Virus record (IMG/VR): IMGVR_UViG_3300009159_000059
Length of the DNA stretch: 64,000 nt
DNA from: an uncultured virus (IMG/VR IMGVR_UViG_3300009159_000059)
Taxonomy: Duplodnaviria > Heunggongvirae > Uroviricota > Caudoviricetes
Reading direction: 5' to 3' (one strand)
This document shows, piece by piece, positions 10,035-19,315 of the stretch. The translations under genes were made by a program, and so were the position numbers. Each line of letters opens with the position of its first letter. Within the stretch, counting starts at the first letter, position 1. The notes under the pieces are model-generated. The model saw nothing but the letters and a program-made list of their open reading frames with translations. It had not been told where the DNA came from and ran no database searches.

Positions 10035-11417
10035 GTGCTAACCATAATACAATATTTCGATGGTAAAATAGATTATACAAGCATATTTAACATATTATCT
10101 GTGTTTGGTCAAGAAGAACGTCAAGAAATAATTATCGTCCATAAAACTGATCATAAACCGAAGATAGTTCTAAAAGGCATACAGTTCATAGAAATAAAGG
10201 ACCATGACGCCACAAATTCTGCATCGTTAAACCACATTATTAATAGCCGAGCTGCTAATTTTATTCTTTTTATAAATGGTTCAGCATATTTTTTGCCCGG
10301 TTTTTACGAAAACATATTAAATTTCATAGCTACTAATAAATCAGATATTGTCTCTATCGACTCCACGATCATTGATATCGCCTTTAATTGCGACACTGAA
10401 GGCACGAGAACTGGTAGGCTTACTTTTGATCCTGATTTCAAGATAGTTAGGGAAAAAAATAAAGATTCTAATCATACCATTATTAACCCTTCGGCTTTTA
10501 TATTTGATATTAGTGTTTTTAGAGAAGCAGAAGGCTTCGATGTACCTTTAGAGCTAGGAGCAGAGACCGCAATAGCACTATCGATTGACATTGTTAGGAG
10601 AGGATACGAGATTACATTTTACGATGCTTTGCCTATTAAAACGGACTCAAAACCATTCTTTAAGAATGAAGAAAACGTAAAATATTTAAAATCACAATAT
10701 GGCTTTGACATGGCTGGCGAGATATTATCACATCCTATGGCCGAGAGAAAACGCAGCGCTGATTACAGCATGCACTTGGATGATTATTATATAAGGCATT
10801 TCCCGAATTTTATTATTGATAGAGATTTAAAGCGAAAATTTCGTAATAAAAATATCGTGATTCTATACCCAGGCGTCTCCTTGGAAGATATAGCGCCGAT
10901 TAATATTTATCATTATGATTATGTCATAGGAATCGATTTCGCCGGCAGGATTTTTAAATGTGATTTTGTTTTTACCCAAGAACTACATATACTCTCTGAC
11001 CTTCTCAGCACATATAGCAAGCAATCTTTAATAGCGCCTGATTACATATATGACAAGATGCAAAATAAATTCGTATTGCTTAAAGATGTGACTAATAAAG
11101 TCGCTGCTATTGACACTACCACTGACAAAAATAGTATCATGACTACTGGGCTGTATTTTCTTGATAGTAATCCACTTATTTGCCTAACCCATATGTTAAT
11201 ATCAGCCAAGCCAAAGAAGATACAAATATTGGGGGCTGACTTCAAGTGGTCTAAAGGTAAAAGTCATATCGCCAGCAGTTACTATAATAATGGGTATGCT
11301 CTTGCTGAAAATGAATACCATCGCGAAGACTATGCTAATTCTTTAAAATTATTAGAGAGTCTCGGCAATTTGGCTGAGAACCTTGGCGTAGCTTTGATGA
11401 GGAATCATTATGTCTGA
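10035..11417 (+). CDS. fusion of a degenerate GT2-like domain and a C-terminal Maf/DUF115/GT42-like Rossmann domain
   Basis: N half has GT-A-like FREAEGFD. C half has KFRNKNIVILYPGVSL, YVIGID, CDFVF and KKIQILGADF. Confidence 0.55.
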   Translation: MLTIIQYFDGKIDYTSIFNILSVFGQEERQEIIIVHKTDHKPKIVLKGIQFIEIKDHDATNSASLNHIINSRAANFILFINGSAYFLPGFYENILNFIATNKSDIVSIDSTIIDIAFNCDTEGTRTGRLTFDPDFKIVREKNKDSNHTIINPSAFIFDISVFREAEGFDVPLELGAETAIALSIDIVRRGYEITFYDALPIKTDSKPFFKNEENVKYLKSQYGFDMAGEILSHPMAERKRSADYSMHLDDYYIRHFPNFIIDRDLKRKFRNKNIVILYPGVSLEDIAPINIYHYDYVIGIDFAGRIFKCDFVFTQELHILSDLLSTYSKQSLIAPDYIYDKMQNKFVLLKDVTNKVAAIDTTTDKNSIMTTGLYFLDSNPLICLTHMLISAKPKKIQILGADFKWSKGKSHIASSYYNNGYALAENEYHREDYANSLKLLESLGNLAENLGVALMRNHYV

Positions 11418-11718
11418 TCCAACTATCATGATTATTATATCGATGCTGATGATTATGATGTCACTGATTATGATATTACTAGTACAATCGACCATATTAC
11501 TTAATAAGATTATTAATGCTGAGGAAAAGCAGCCGAAGCTTGTTGATAAACAACAAATTATAGGCTATCAACAATCATCGCTTGAAAAAGAACCTGTAAA
11601 AAAATTCGATACTTTAAAAGTGCCAGATTTGGATCCATTTTCTATAGCGCCTAATTTAAAAAAACCACCAAAATCAGCTGGTGGTTTTGGAAATAAAACA
11701 GATCAAAATGATCCATGA
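11410..11718 (+). CDS. small single-pass membrane protein
   Basis: About 27 hydrophobic N-terminal residues followed by a charged Pro/Lys tail; overlaps both neighbours. Confidence 0.75.
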   Translation: MSDPTIMIIISMLMIMMSLIMILLVQSTILLNKIINAEEKQPKLVDKQQIIGYQQSSLEKEPVKKFDTLKVPDLDPFSIAPNLKKPPKSAGGFGNKTDQNDP

Positions 11719-13231
11719 TTTTTCGATAAAAAAACAGGTAAATGATTCTAAGCTGATTACTCAAAAACCGAAAGTTCCAGAGTTAATTATTAAGGCACCT
11801 GTTCATATCATACCTGTCATTGCGCCGATCAAAATCGAAGCCAAGCCCACAATATTGAATGAAAAAACCATTCAAAAACCGATTCCTATTGTGCCCATCG
11901 ATAAACCAGCCGAAAAGCCGGAAAAAACAAAGCACTTGCTATCAGGCGACATAATCCCCGATGAAAAATATGCCGAATATCATAAAAACATTTATGACAA
12001 GAAATATTATGAAGCAGTTAAGACAAAAGATGACTTAGTGTTAGGCACATTTGAGACCCCTCCTAAGATCAAATCTTTAACTAAAGATGGTGTAGTATAT
12101 AGAATGGGCGATTTAATTTCTCTCGAAAGGAAACCTATCATGCCGCATCTTGGCCTTGACATTGGCACTAAAACGATCGTAGCTTCATTTAAGAACAAGA
12201 ACGGTGATATAAATTATATATCTGAAATTAATGGGTTTTGGCCTTTCGAAAGAGCCACAGCATTTATTGAAAACATGCTTAAAGATCCAACTAAAGTTAG
12301 ATCCGACGGCACCAGTAGGCCAGCACATTATTTTAAGCATGAAGAATCAAATCAACTAATCGTGCTTGGACGAGATGCTGAAGAATTAGCCTATTCAAAG
12401 AATGATACGATGAAAAGACCAATGGCTGAAGGCGGAATTACACCAGATGAAATGTCTATGACGGTGCTGAGCAGCATCATCCATGGGATCTTAGAGACCG
12501 CAGAACGCGATGTTGGTAAGTTTGATAATAATTTGACATTGTGTTATTGCACGACAGCACCGGCTTTAAATAAAACAAATAATATTGAATATCACGAAAG
12601 AGTTATCGATATCATCCTTAAGAGTTATAACTCACAGAGTGCTATAAAACTTCAAAAGATAAAAGAAAGTCATGCGATAGTTCTAAACCAAAGCCCAGAC
12701 GGCTCTGGGATCGGCATCAGCTGGGGAGCAGGCACGGTAACGGTGACATATGTTAAGTATGGCTTAGAAGTTTATAGTTTCTGCTGGGTTGGCGCTGGTG
12801 ACTGGATAGACGAGAATGTAGCGATTAGACATGGCTATGATGCACATGCTATGAAAAGCATGAAAAAGAACAGTAAGGAAACTCCAACCACAGTATCAAA
12901 AGTCAAAATGGACATAGATCTTACCCCCGGCATACAGTATGCCGACAGGCTTCAGTTAGATATATCGCTGCACTATGACGTGCTTATTAATCAAGTAGTG
13001 TCAGGTATCGTGGCCGGTTTTAAGGAAAATGAGGCGCAGGCAAGAATCGAAAATGGCATTAATGTTTATATGGCTGGCGGCACTAGCAGTCCGAAGGGCT
13101 TTGCTGAGCGTGTGGCTTTAATATTCAATAATAATGAATTACCTTTTGTTTTAAATAAAGTATCTGTGGCAGAAAAGCCACTATTTACCGTTGCGGCAGG
13201 GTGCTTGACAGCAGCAGAGATGTTCGAATAA
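11708..13231 (+). CDS. actin-fold ATPase, volactin-like, with a ~144-aa Pro/Lys-rich N-terminal extension
   Basis: Phosphate-1 GLDIGTKTI, phosphate-2 GIGISWGAGT, AGDWIDE, adenosine VYMAGGTSSPKGF, C-terminal PLFTVAAGCLTAA. A possible in-frame internal start ATG lies at 12140 after GAAAGG. Confidence 0.85.
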   Translation: MIHDFSIKKQVNDSKLITQKPKVPELIIKAPVHIIPVIAPIKIEAKPTILNEKTIQKPIPIVPIDKPAEKPEKTKHLLSGDIIPDEKYAEYHKNIYDKKYYEAVKTKDDLVLGTFETPPKIKSLTKDGVVYRMGDLISLERKPIMPHLGLDIGTKTIVASFKNKNGDINYISEINGFWPFERATAFIENMLKDPTKVRSDGTSRPAHYFKHEESNQLIVLGRDAEELAYSKNDTMKRPMAEGGITPDEMSMTVLSSIIHGILETAERDVGKFDNNLTLCYCTTAPALNKTNNIEYHERVIDIILKSYNSQSAIKLQKIKESHAIVLNQSPDGSGIGISWGAGTVTVTYVKYGLEVYSFCWVGAGDWIDENVAIRHGYDAHAMKSMKKNSKETPTTVSKVKMDIDLTPGIQYADRLQLDISLHYDVLINQVVSGIVAGFKENEAQARIENGINVYMAGGTSSPKGFAERVALIFNNNELPFVLNKVSVAEKPLFTVAAGCLTAAEMFE

Positions 13232-13911
13232 TGAATATAATTCATGTCGATGGTAGTTTGGTAGCTATTTTAATAAAAGAAACTATATATATCATCGACA
13301 TGGATAATTTTACGGTCCATGACCAGATTGGTGCACGGCTAGCTATCCAAAACATTGATGACTGGTTATTTAAAAACACCTTATGGGCTCATGGCATTTT
13401 TAATTTAAAGCTTTTTGTTAATTTCTTCTTACAAGGACGTGAATCTATAGTAATTAAAGACTTAGGCGTTTTACTGTCAGAATTTATCGCTCACCTTTTT
13501 AAAAATGATCAGATCGGCCAATTGTTGAAAATGTATGATGTTGAATTACTAAATTTAGAAACAATTGACAGAGTAGTCTTACCTAATCTTAGAGATAATT
13601 TTGAAGCACACCGTCTAAAAAATGGTGAATTAGGTCTCGAATTGTTCCTTAGAAGACTAAGAGACCGAATCGCTATATTAAATCCAAACGAAACCAGAGT
13701 CATTGATAGCTTTCTAAGTAGGTTAAAAGAGCAGCATGTCGATATAAAGATGGCTATACCCGATGGCCTTTTAGAACTAGCGAATAATTTTTTATGCACG
13801 CAAGATGTTTATACTTCTAACATAAGATACCCCAATATCATCGAATCTTTTGAGAAAATTAAAGCTCCAAAAGGTAAGAGAAATGGATTAGAAACCGTAT
13901 TATCTTCATAG
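13231..13911 (+). CDS. hypothetical protein translationally coupled to the actin gene
   Basis: TAATG stop/start overlap at 13229-13233. Confidence 0.7.
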   Translation: MNIIHVDGSLVAILIKETIYIIDMDNFTVHDQIGARLAIQNIDDWLFKNTLWAHGIFNLKLFVNFFLQGRESIVIKDLGVLLSEFIAHLFKNDQIGQLLKMYDVELLNLETIDRVVLPNLRDNFEAHRLKNGELGLELFLRRLRDRIAILNPNETRVIDSFLSRLKEQHVDIKMAIPDGLLELANNFLCTQDVYTSNIRYPNIIESFEKIKAPKGKRNGLETVLSS

Positions 13912-13924
13912 TATAGGAGATAAT

Positions 13925-15325
13925 ATGGAATATCAAGGTTCATCAGATTTTGTTCATCTTCACTCTCACACACTTTATAGCATGCTTGATGGTGTGGCCT
14001 CTCCGGCCCAATATGCCGAAGCTTGTTATAAAAGGAAGTACCAAGCGATGGCTATCACCGAACACGGCCATATGGCCAGTGTTCCTGAAGCTTACGCTGC
14101 TTTTAAACAATATGGTATCAAATACATCCCTGGGTGCGAAATATACTATAATGATTTTGAACTAAAAAGGCAAGAGCTTTTGGCAAGCGGAATAAATGTC
14201 AGATCGCTAGAATGGAGAAAAGAGAATCCAGAGCTAGCAGGAAGAATTATCAGAAATAGACATCTCACAGTAATTTGCAAAAACAAGACCGGATTTGAAA
14301 ATCTCTTAAAGTTAACAACTCAAGCATATGAGACAGGCCTGTTCGGCGTATCTATTAAACAGTATAATCGCATATGGTTTGAAAAGTTATGTGAATATCG
14401 CGAAGGACTTATTATATTATCAGGATGTCTAAATGGACCTATAAGTCATGAATTGCGTACTAAATCGATAGTAAATAAAGCAGGCGATGTCATCAGAGAA
14501 ATAAGCCGAAAAGAAAGGCTTGAAAACGCTATCGCCAATATAAAAAAATTTAAAGAAGCGTTTGGAGAAGACTACTACATAGAACTACAGATGCCTGGTG
14601 TTGAAGGCGACATGTTTGTGTTTCAGACATCTATTATGCTGGCAGACCATTTCAAGATTAAGACCGTGCTGGCTAATGATTCTCATTACATGGAAAGAAA
14701 AGATTTTCAAATCCAAAAGATCATGATGGCGATAGCTCAAGACGTAACTGTTGACTCTCCTGATTTATTTCATACAAACAGCGACGAGCAATACTTCAAA
14801 CAGCGTAGTGAATTATGGAGTAGATATAATGAGACTGAATATTCCAAAGGGTATACGGCTAGAGAATTCGAACTAATGTGTGATCATACTTTAGAAATAG
14901 CCGACAAATGCGAAAATATCGAATTTGATACGGATCCAAAAATACCGACCATCGTAGACGCTGATAATGAATTACGGCGCTTGGTCGCATCAAAGCTTAT
15001 ATCGTTAGGACTTCATAAAAATGAACAAAAACACTTGATCGATGGTAGAGAAGTTACCTATCTAGACCAAGCTAAAATCGAATTAAATCGTTTTATAGAA
15101 AAAGGTTTCGCCAGCTATTTTCTCATTACTAAGAATATTATAGAGTACGGTAAAGAACAAGGTTGGCCGTTCACTGCTAGAGGTAGCGCTGGAGGCTCCT
15201 TAATTTGCTACTTATTAAATATTACATCAGTCGACCCTCTTTCGTGGGGTCTTTCTTTTGATAGATTTCTTGCACCGAGCCGCGGTGGCTATATGCTTAA
15301 TGTCAAGATGACTAAAGGAGATTAG
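13925..15325 (+). CDS. dnaE: DNA polymerase III alpha, N-terminal part (PHP domain to the FDRFL motif)
   Basis: FVHLHSHTLYSMLDG, AITEHG, GCEIY, SGCLNG, NDSHY, RGSAGGSLICYLLNITSVDP, SFDRFL; AGGAG SD. Confidence 0.95.
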   Translation: MEYQGSSDFVHLHSHTLYSMLDGVASPAQYAEACYKRKYQAMAITEHGHMASVPEAYAAFKQYGIKYIPGCEIYYNDFELKRQELLASGINVRSLEWRKENPELAGRIIRNRHLTVICKNKTGFENLLKLTTQAYETGLFGVSIKQYNRIWFEKLCEYREGLIILSGCLNGPISHELRTKSIVNKAGDVIREISRKERLENAIANIKKFKEAFGEDYYIELQMPGVEGDMFVFQTSIMLADHFKIKTVLANDSHYMERKDFQIQKIMMAIAQDVTVDSPDLFHTNSDEQYFKQRSELWSRYNETEYSKGYTAREFELMCDHTLEIADKCENIEFDTDPKIPTIVDADNELRRLVASKLISLGLHKNEQKHLIDGREVTYLDQAKIELNRFIEKGFASYFLITKNIIEYGKEQGWPFTARGSAGGSLICYLLNITSVDPLSWGLSFDRFLAPSRGGYMLNVKMTKGD

Positions 15326-15326
15326 C

Positions 15327-15758
15327 TTGCAGAAGTATTTATTACACGCTTTGAACACACATTTAAAAGTCATGCAAAAGCCTACTGAAACATTATGTGT
15401 ATTCTCGCTTAAATTCATCGATGTTCTTATAGATGACGATAAAGTCAGAGCTGAGAAAGAATCACTAGATTTGTTAATAAATATTCAAAATAATATAATT
15501 TCTAGCATTGTCGAAACTATTGACCGCCTAGAGAAAGAAGCTACCGATTCTACTAAAGTACTGGGATCGGCGATGCTTAATACAAGAAAATCTATTTATT
15601 CTCATACAATAAATTTAAAATTAGTAGATGTAAGTAATCTAGAAGATAGATATAACAAAGCTATAGTTGAAATCGCTAAAGCGATGAGGTTATTTAATCT
15701 TTGTGGTCTTTCTGAAGCAATTAAAATAAATGATGTAAATGGGAACCAGATATGTTAG
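15327..15758 (+). CDS. hypothetical helical protein between the dnaE halves
   Basis: TTG start with AAAGGAG SD; 143 aa. Confidence 0.65.
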   Translation: MQKYLLHALNTHLKVMQKPTETLCVFSLKFIDVLIDDDKVRAEKESLDLLINIQNNIISSIVETIDRLEKEATDSTKVLGSAMLNTRKSIYSHTINLKLVDVSNLEDRYNKAIVEIAKAMRLFNLCGLSEAIKINDVNGNQIC

Positions 15759-16198
15759 AGATGCAAATAAATAGATTAGATAATTCCAAGATTAATTCTA
15801 AAATCGTCGTTACTTTAATAAAAAATAATGGCAAAAAAATGAAGACCCAACGGCGTGATATCGCTTTTAAATTGAAAATGACTGATGATACCATATATAA
15901 GTATCAAGCTATCCTAGTTGGTCTATCTGCGATAAAAGATGTTAATCAATCGATAAGAATCAGCATGTTGGGGTTTGAATCGAATGATTTATATGGTACA
16001 TCAAACGATAAACAGCTATATTTCGACGAATTAAAAAGACGTATTATCAAAATATGCCAACGTCATAATAATGTATTTTTTGATGCTAATATGATAGCTT
16101 TAGATAATGATTATGTCAATATAATTAAAAAGTATTTAGTATCACAATCAGAGTACCATGATACCGGTACAGTCTTAATCGATAAATCTAAGGTTTAA
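15752..16198 (+). CDS. hypothetical protein (possibly degenerate RNase H-like fold)
   Basis: ORF overlapping the upstream gene; YQAILVGLSAI loosely recalls the RNase HI helix A. Confidence 0.6.
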   Translation: MLEMQINRLDNSKINSKIVVTLIKNNGKKMKTQRRDIAFKLKMTDDTIYKYQAILVGLSAIKDVNQSIRISMLGFESNDLYGTSNDKQLYFDELKRRIIKICQRHNNVFFDANMIALDNDYVNIIKKYLVSQSEYHDTGTVLIDKSKV

Positions 16199-16245
16199 TA
16201 CTATGGCTGTTTGGCACAACACAAGCTTAGATCTTTTTATGTATA

Positions 16246-16605
16246 TTGAGATATAAAATTATGGATCATAAAGGTGAATATGATAAATATGCTTTCATTA
16301 TAATGGAAGCGCAAACCGATAATATTGTCAACATAGTACGATTAAAGTCGAACGAAGAAAGACTGAAAACCATTAAAAGCATACGTTCTAAAGGGCAATA
16401 TTTATTTTACGCTATGACGCACCAAGACGAAAAAACCAAGAGGGTCACTATAAAAAGGCCCTTTGTCGTCGATTTTGATTCAGTTCCTTCAGCTGAGGAA
16501 TCAAAATGTATTGAAAATGATATAAAGAAGCTTAGCTGCAAAAAATGTGGCAAAAGTTTTACTTCTACTTCTGGGCTAACGAACCATCTAAATGCAAAAC
16601 ATTAA
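16246..16605 (+). CDS. protein with a C-terminal classical C2H2 zinc finger
   Basis: CKKCGKSFTSTSGLTNHLNAKH; start codon uncertain. Confidence 0.75.
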   Translation: MRYKIMDHKGEYDKYAFIIMEAQTDNIVNIVRLKSNEERLKTIKSIRSKGQYLFYAMTHQDEKTKRVTIKRPFVVDFDSVPSAEESKCIENDIKKLSCKKCGKSFTSTSGLTNHLNAKH

Positions 16606-19315
16606 ATCTTGGGAAGAAATTGTCGAAAAGGCTGGAGAGTTGGTTACCGATAAACCGAAGATTTATAAAGACAGACTAAAATTCGAAATATATGAAATCG
16701 AAAAGCAAGGGGCAGAACGCTACTGGTTAGAATTAGTGACTGATGGAACGACTTTCGATGCAAACCCGAATCGTCTATTACTACCATACCTTTTAAATCT
16801 AGTTTCTGTCGACCCAATCTCCACAGACCATAGCGGCATCATGACAAGCATATCTGCCAATGATGTTTTAAAATACAAAGACCATAACAATGGTAAAATG
16901 CCAACAGGAATCTACAGAGATTCTGACATGCCGGACATCGATATAGATTGCTTGCCTGGGGCCAGAGATCATTTAAAAGAATACGTAATTTCTAAATATG
17001 GCCAGAATTCAGAAGATAGTTATGGATCTGTATGTAGCGTTGGCACATGGCAAACTTATAAATTCAAATCTGCAATAATCGATGTCTCTGTGGCTCTTGG
17101 AATAATGTCTAGATTTGATGCCGAAAGAACGACCACACAATTACCAGAGCACGCAGATGATTTGCCGGAAAATGGTATATCAGTCTGCAGAGGTAAATAT
17201 TTAAAGGAAGGTGTCGAGATAGAATGTGGCACTATTCACGGTGATGCTACTTGCCCATCTTGTAAGCAATCCATCACGGATGCTCCGACTATTGGTCAGC
17301 TTATTGAAGAACTACCAGTTCTCAAAGAATTCGCGATAAAAAACCCTGAGATCATAGCATCAGCGATCAAACTAGTAGGCAGAATTAGAAACATGGGCAT
17401 GCACGCCGGTGCTTTACTAATAACAGACAGAGCGTTGTTTGGCAATATACCTATGGCCAAGAGCAGTAATAAGGGCTATTGGGTAAGCATGTGGACAGAA
17501 GGTAGAAGCACCCAGCTCTCAAAATTTGGGTATGTGAAATGGGACTGGCTTGGTCTTAAAACCTTAGAATATATATTTAGGTGTTGCGAGATGGTTAAAC
17601 TTAACCGCGACATCAATTTTGGCGAAAATTTGTCTGGCTGGGAAGACATCGATCCTAAGCAACGTAAAGCCGGCTTTTTTATCGATGCTTCTGGTGTTAA
17701 ACACATTATCAGCCTCGACGACGAAGGGGCTCTAAAGCTAGCAAATAAGCAGAAATGCGATGGTATTTTTCAGTTCGACACTGAATTAGCCATGTCTTTG
17801 CTGGCTCATGGCGTTAGGAATTTCGAAGACTTAATGTTAATCAATGCGATGGGCCACCCAGGGCCAATTGCCGCTCTACCAGAGACAATGGCAAATCGTG
17901 ACGATCCCACGATGGCATGGAAAAAACGCATGCATCCAGAAGTCTATAATATTCTTAAAGAAACTTATGGACAACTGGTTTATCAAGAGCAATTAACGCA
18001 GCTTTGGCAGAGATTAGCTGGATTTACTGCGCCTGAAGCTCAAGAAACGAGGAAGGCCGTTGCTAAGAAATGGACACACAAATTAAGAAGCGTAGAACAG
18101 AAATGGGTCGCTGGTGCTTCTAAAACCATCGGCGAAGACGAAGCTCGCACTATTTGGTCCAAAATGGTATCATTCGGTCGTTATGCATTTAATAAATCAC
18201 ATTCTGTAGCTTATTGTTTGGTAACCCTACGATGCTTGTTCCTAAAAGCGCATTTTGCGCCTGAGTTTTGGGCATCTGTCATGAATGATTGCCATCCAGA
18301 TAAGCTGGTACGTTATATGGGTGTTGCAAGATCAGAAGAATGGAAACCGACAGCAATCACTAAACTCGGTTCGAGCAGATCAGATGATCCATTGCGCTTT
18401 GAAGCTATCGACATTAACAATTTATCATTAAAGTTTATAGTAAAAGATAACACGATATTTGTTGGTGTCAGTAGCATAAAAGGCTTTGGCGAAAAAATAG
18501 CTGAGTGCTTAATCACTGCACACAAATATATAAACATGGATGATTTTATTTTAAAGACCGGGATAAAATCTAAAACAGTGTTAGAACGGTTAATTAAACT
18601 TGGGGCCTTTAGAAATCTTGAAAGACACAATAATAGCAAGGCTTTGTGGGTTTATTATCAAACGAAGTATGGCAATGGGCCAGATGCAAAAGAGACTAAA
18701 AGCTTCATCTCCAACCTCATTATTTCTAAACAAGGATGGAATGATGGCTCTATTGCGGCTGAGAGGGAAAGACTCGCCAGTGAATACAGATTGATCTATC
18801 CAAAGAAAAAAGTTATACCTAAAAAATTACTTAATTGGAACCCTGAACCGATCATCGATTTTGATGCCGTTCTTGGCGCTATCGGAGATGATTTTAGTTT
18901 TGAAGAAAGACTACAATTTCAGAACGATTACTTAGGATATTACATCGACTCGCCTCTAGGATTATTTAGTTGCAGGGGTGATCTAACGATTGCTGCAGCA
19001 AAGACAAATGCTAAGTCCGGCCAAGACATCATAGCTATCGAAGGAATAATTGTAAATATAGAATATGCTACATCAAAGAATAATAAACCGTACGCTAAAA
19101 TATCGACATCAGATGGTATGTTAAAAACCAGTATTATGGTGTGGTCCAAAGAATTGTCGGGGTTAGATAAAACCAAATTGATGATTGGCGCCGGAATTAG
19201 AGTGATCGTGGATTATGATGGCGAGCGAAATAGTTTTTCATTACGACGCAATACTTCGATAAACATACTGAAGAGAAAGCCAACTAATGCAACTGCCGAC
19301 GAAAGACGGGATTAA
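16592..19315 (+). CDS. dnaE: DNA polymerase III alpha, C-terminal part (catalytic palm, fingers, HhH, OB)
   Basis: MPDIDIDC, GMHAGAL, VKWDWLGLKTL, GIFQF, VYQEQL, FGRYAFNKSHSVAY, IKGFG, OB-like C-terminus. Confidence 0.95.
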   Translation: MQNIKSWEEIVEKAGELVTDKPKIYKDRLKFEIYEIEKQGAERYWLELVTDGTTFDANPNRLLLPYLLNLVSVDPISTDHSGIMTSISANDVLKYKDHNNGKMPTGIYRDSDMPDIDIDCLPGARDHLKEYVISKYGQNSEDSYGSVCSVGTWQTYKFKSAIIDVSVALGIMSRFDAERTTTQLPEHADDLPENGISVCRGKYLKEGVEIECGTIHGDATCPSCKQSITDAPTIGQLIEELPVLKEFAIKNPEIIASAIKLVGRIRNMGMHAGALLITDRALFGNIPMAKSSNKGYWVSMWTEGRSTQLSKFGYVKWDWLGLKTLEYIFRCCEMVKLNRDINFGENLSGWEDIDPKQRKAGFFIDASGVKHIISLDDEGALKLANKQKCDGIFQFDTELAMSLLAHGVRNFEDLMLINAMGHPGPIAALPETMANRDDPTMAWKKRMHPEVYNILKETYGQLVYQEQLTQLWQRLAGFTAPEAQETRKAVAKKWTHKLRSVEQKWVAGASKTIGEDEARTIWSKMVSFGRYAFNKSHSVAYCLVTLRCLFLKAHFAPEFWASVMNDCHPDKLVRYMGVARSEEWKPTAITKLGSSRSDDPLRFEAIDINNLSLKFIVKDNTIFVGVSSIKGFGEKIAECLITAHKYINMDDFILKTGIKSKTVLERLIKLGAFRNLERHNNSKALWVYYQTKYGNGPDAKETKSFISNLIISKQGWNDGSIAAERERLASEYRLIYPKKKVIPKKLLNWNPEPIIDFDAVLGAIGDDFSFEERLQFQNDYLGYYIDSPLGLFSCRGDLTIAAAKTNAKSGQDIIAIEGIIVNIEYATSKNNKPYAKISTSDGMLKTSIMVWSKELSGLDKTKLMIGAGIRVIVDYDGERNSFSLRRNTSINILKRKPTNATADERRD

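Noticed and set aside
15323..15400. TAG recoding or readthrough joining the dnaE parts
   Set aside because: Readthrough hits TGA after about 20 codons, and genes throughout the window are intact in code 11.
15752..16198. Active RNase HI
   Set aside because: The catalytic DG/E/D residues are not recognisable; only one helix is similar.
15280..16930. Group I intron or split intein interrupting dnaE
   Set aside because: The interval is fully occupied by three ordinary ORFs with no homing endonuclease motif. No intein blocks are visible, and the C gene has its own DnaE-derived N-terminus.
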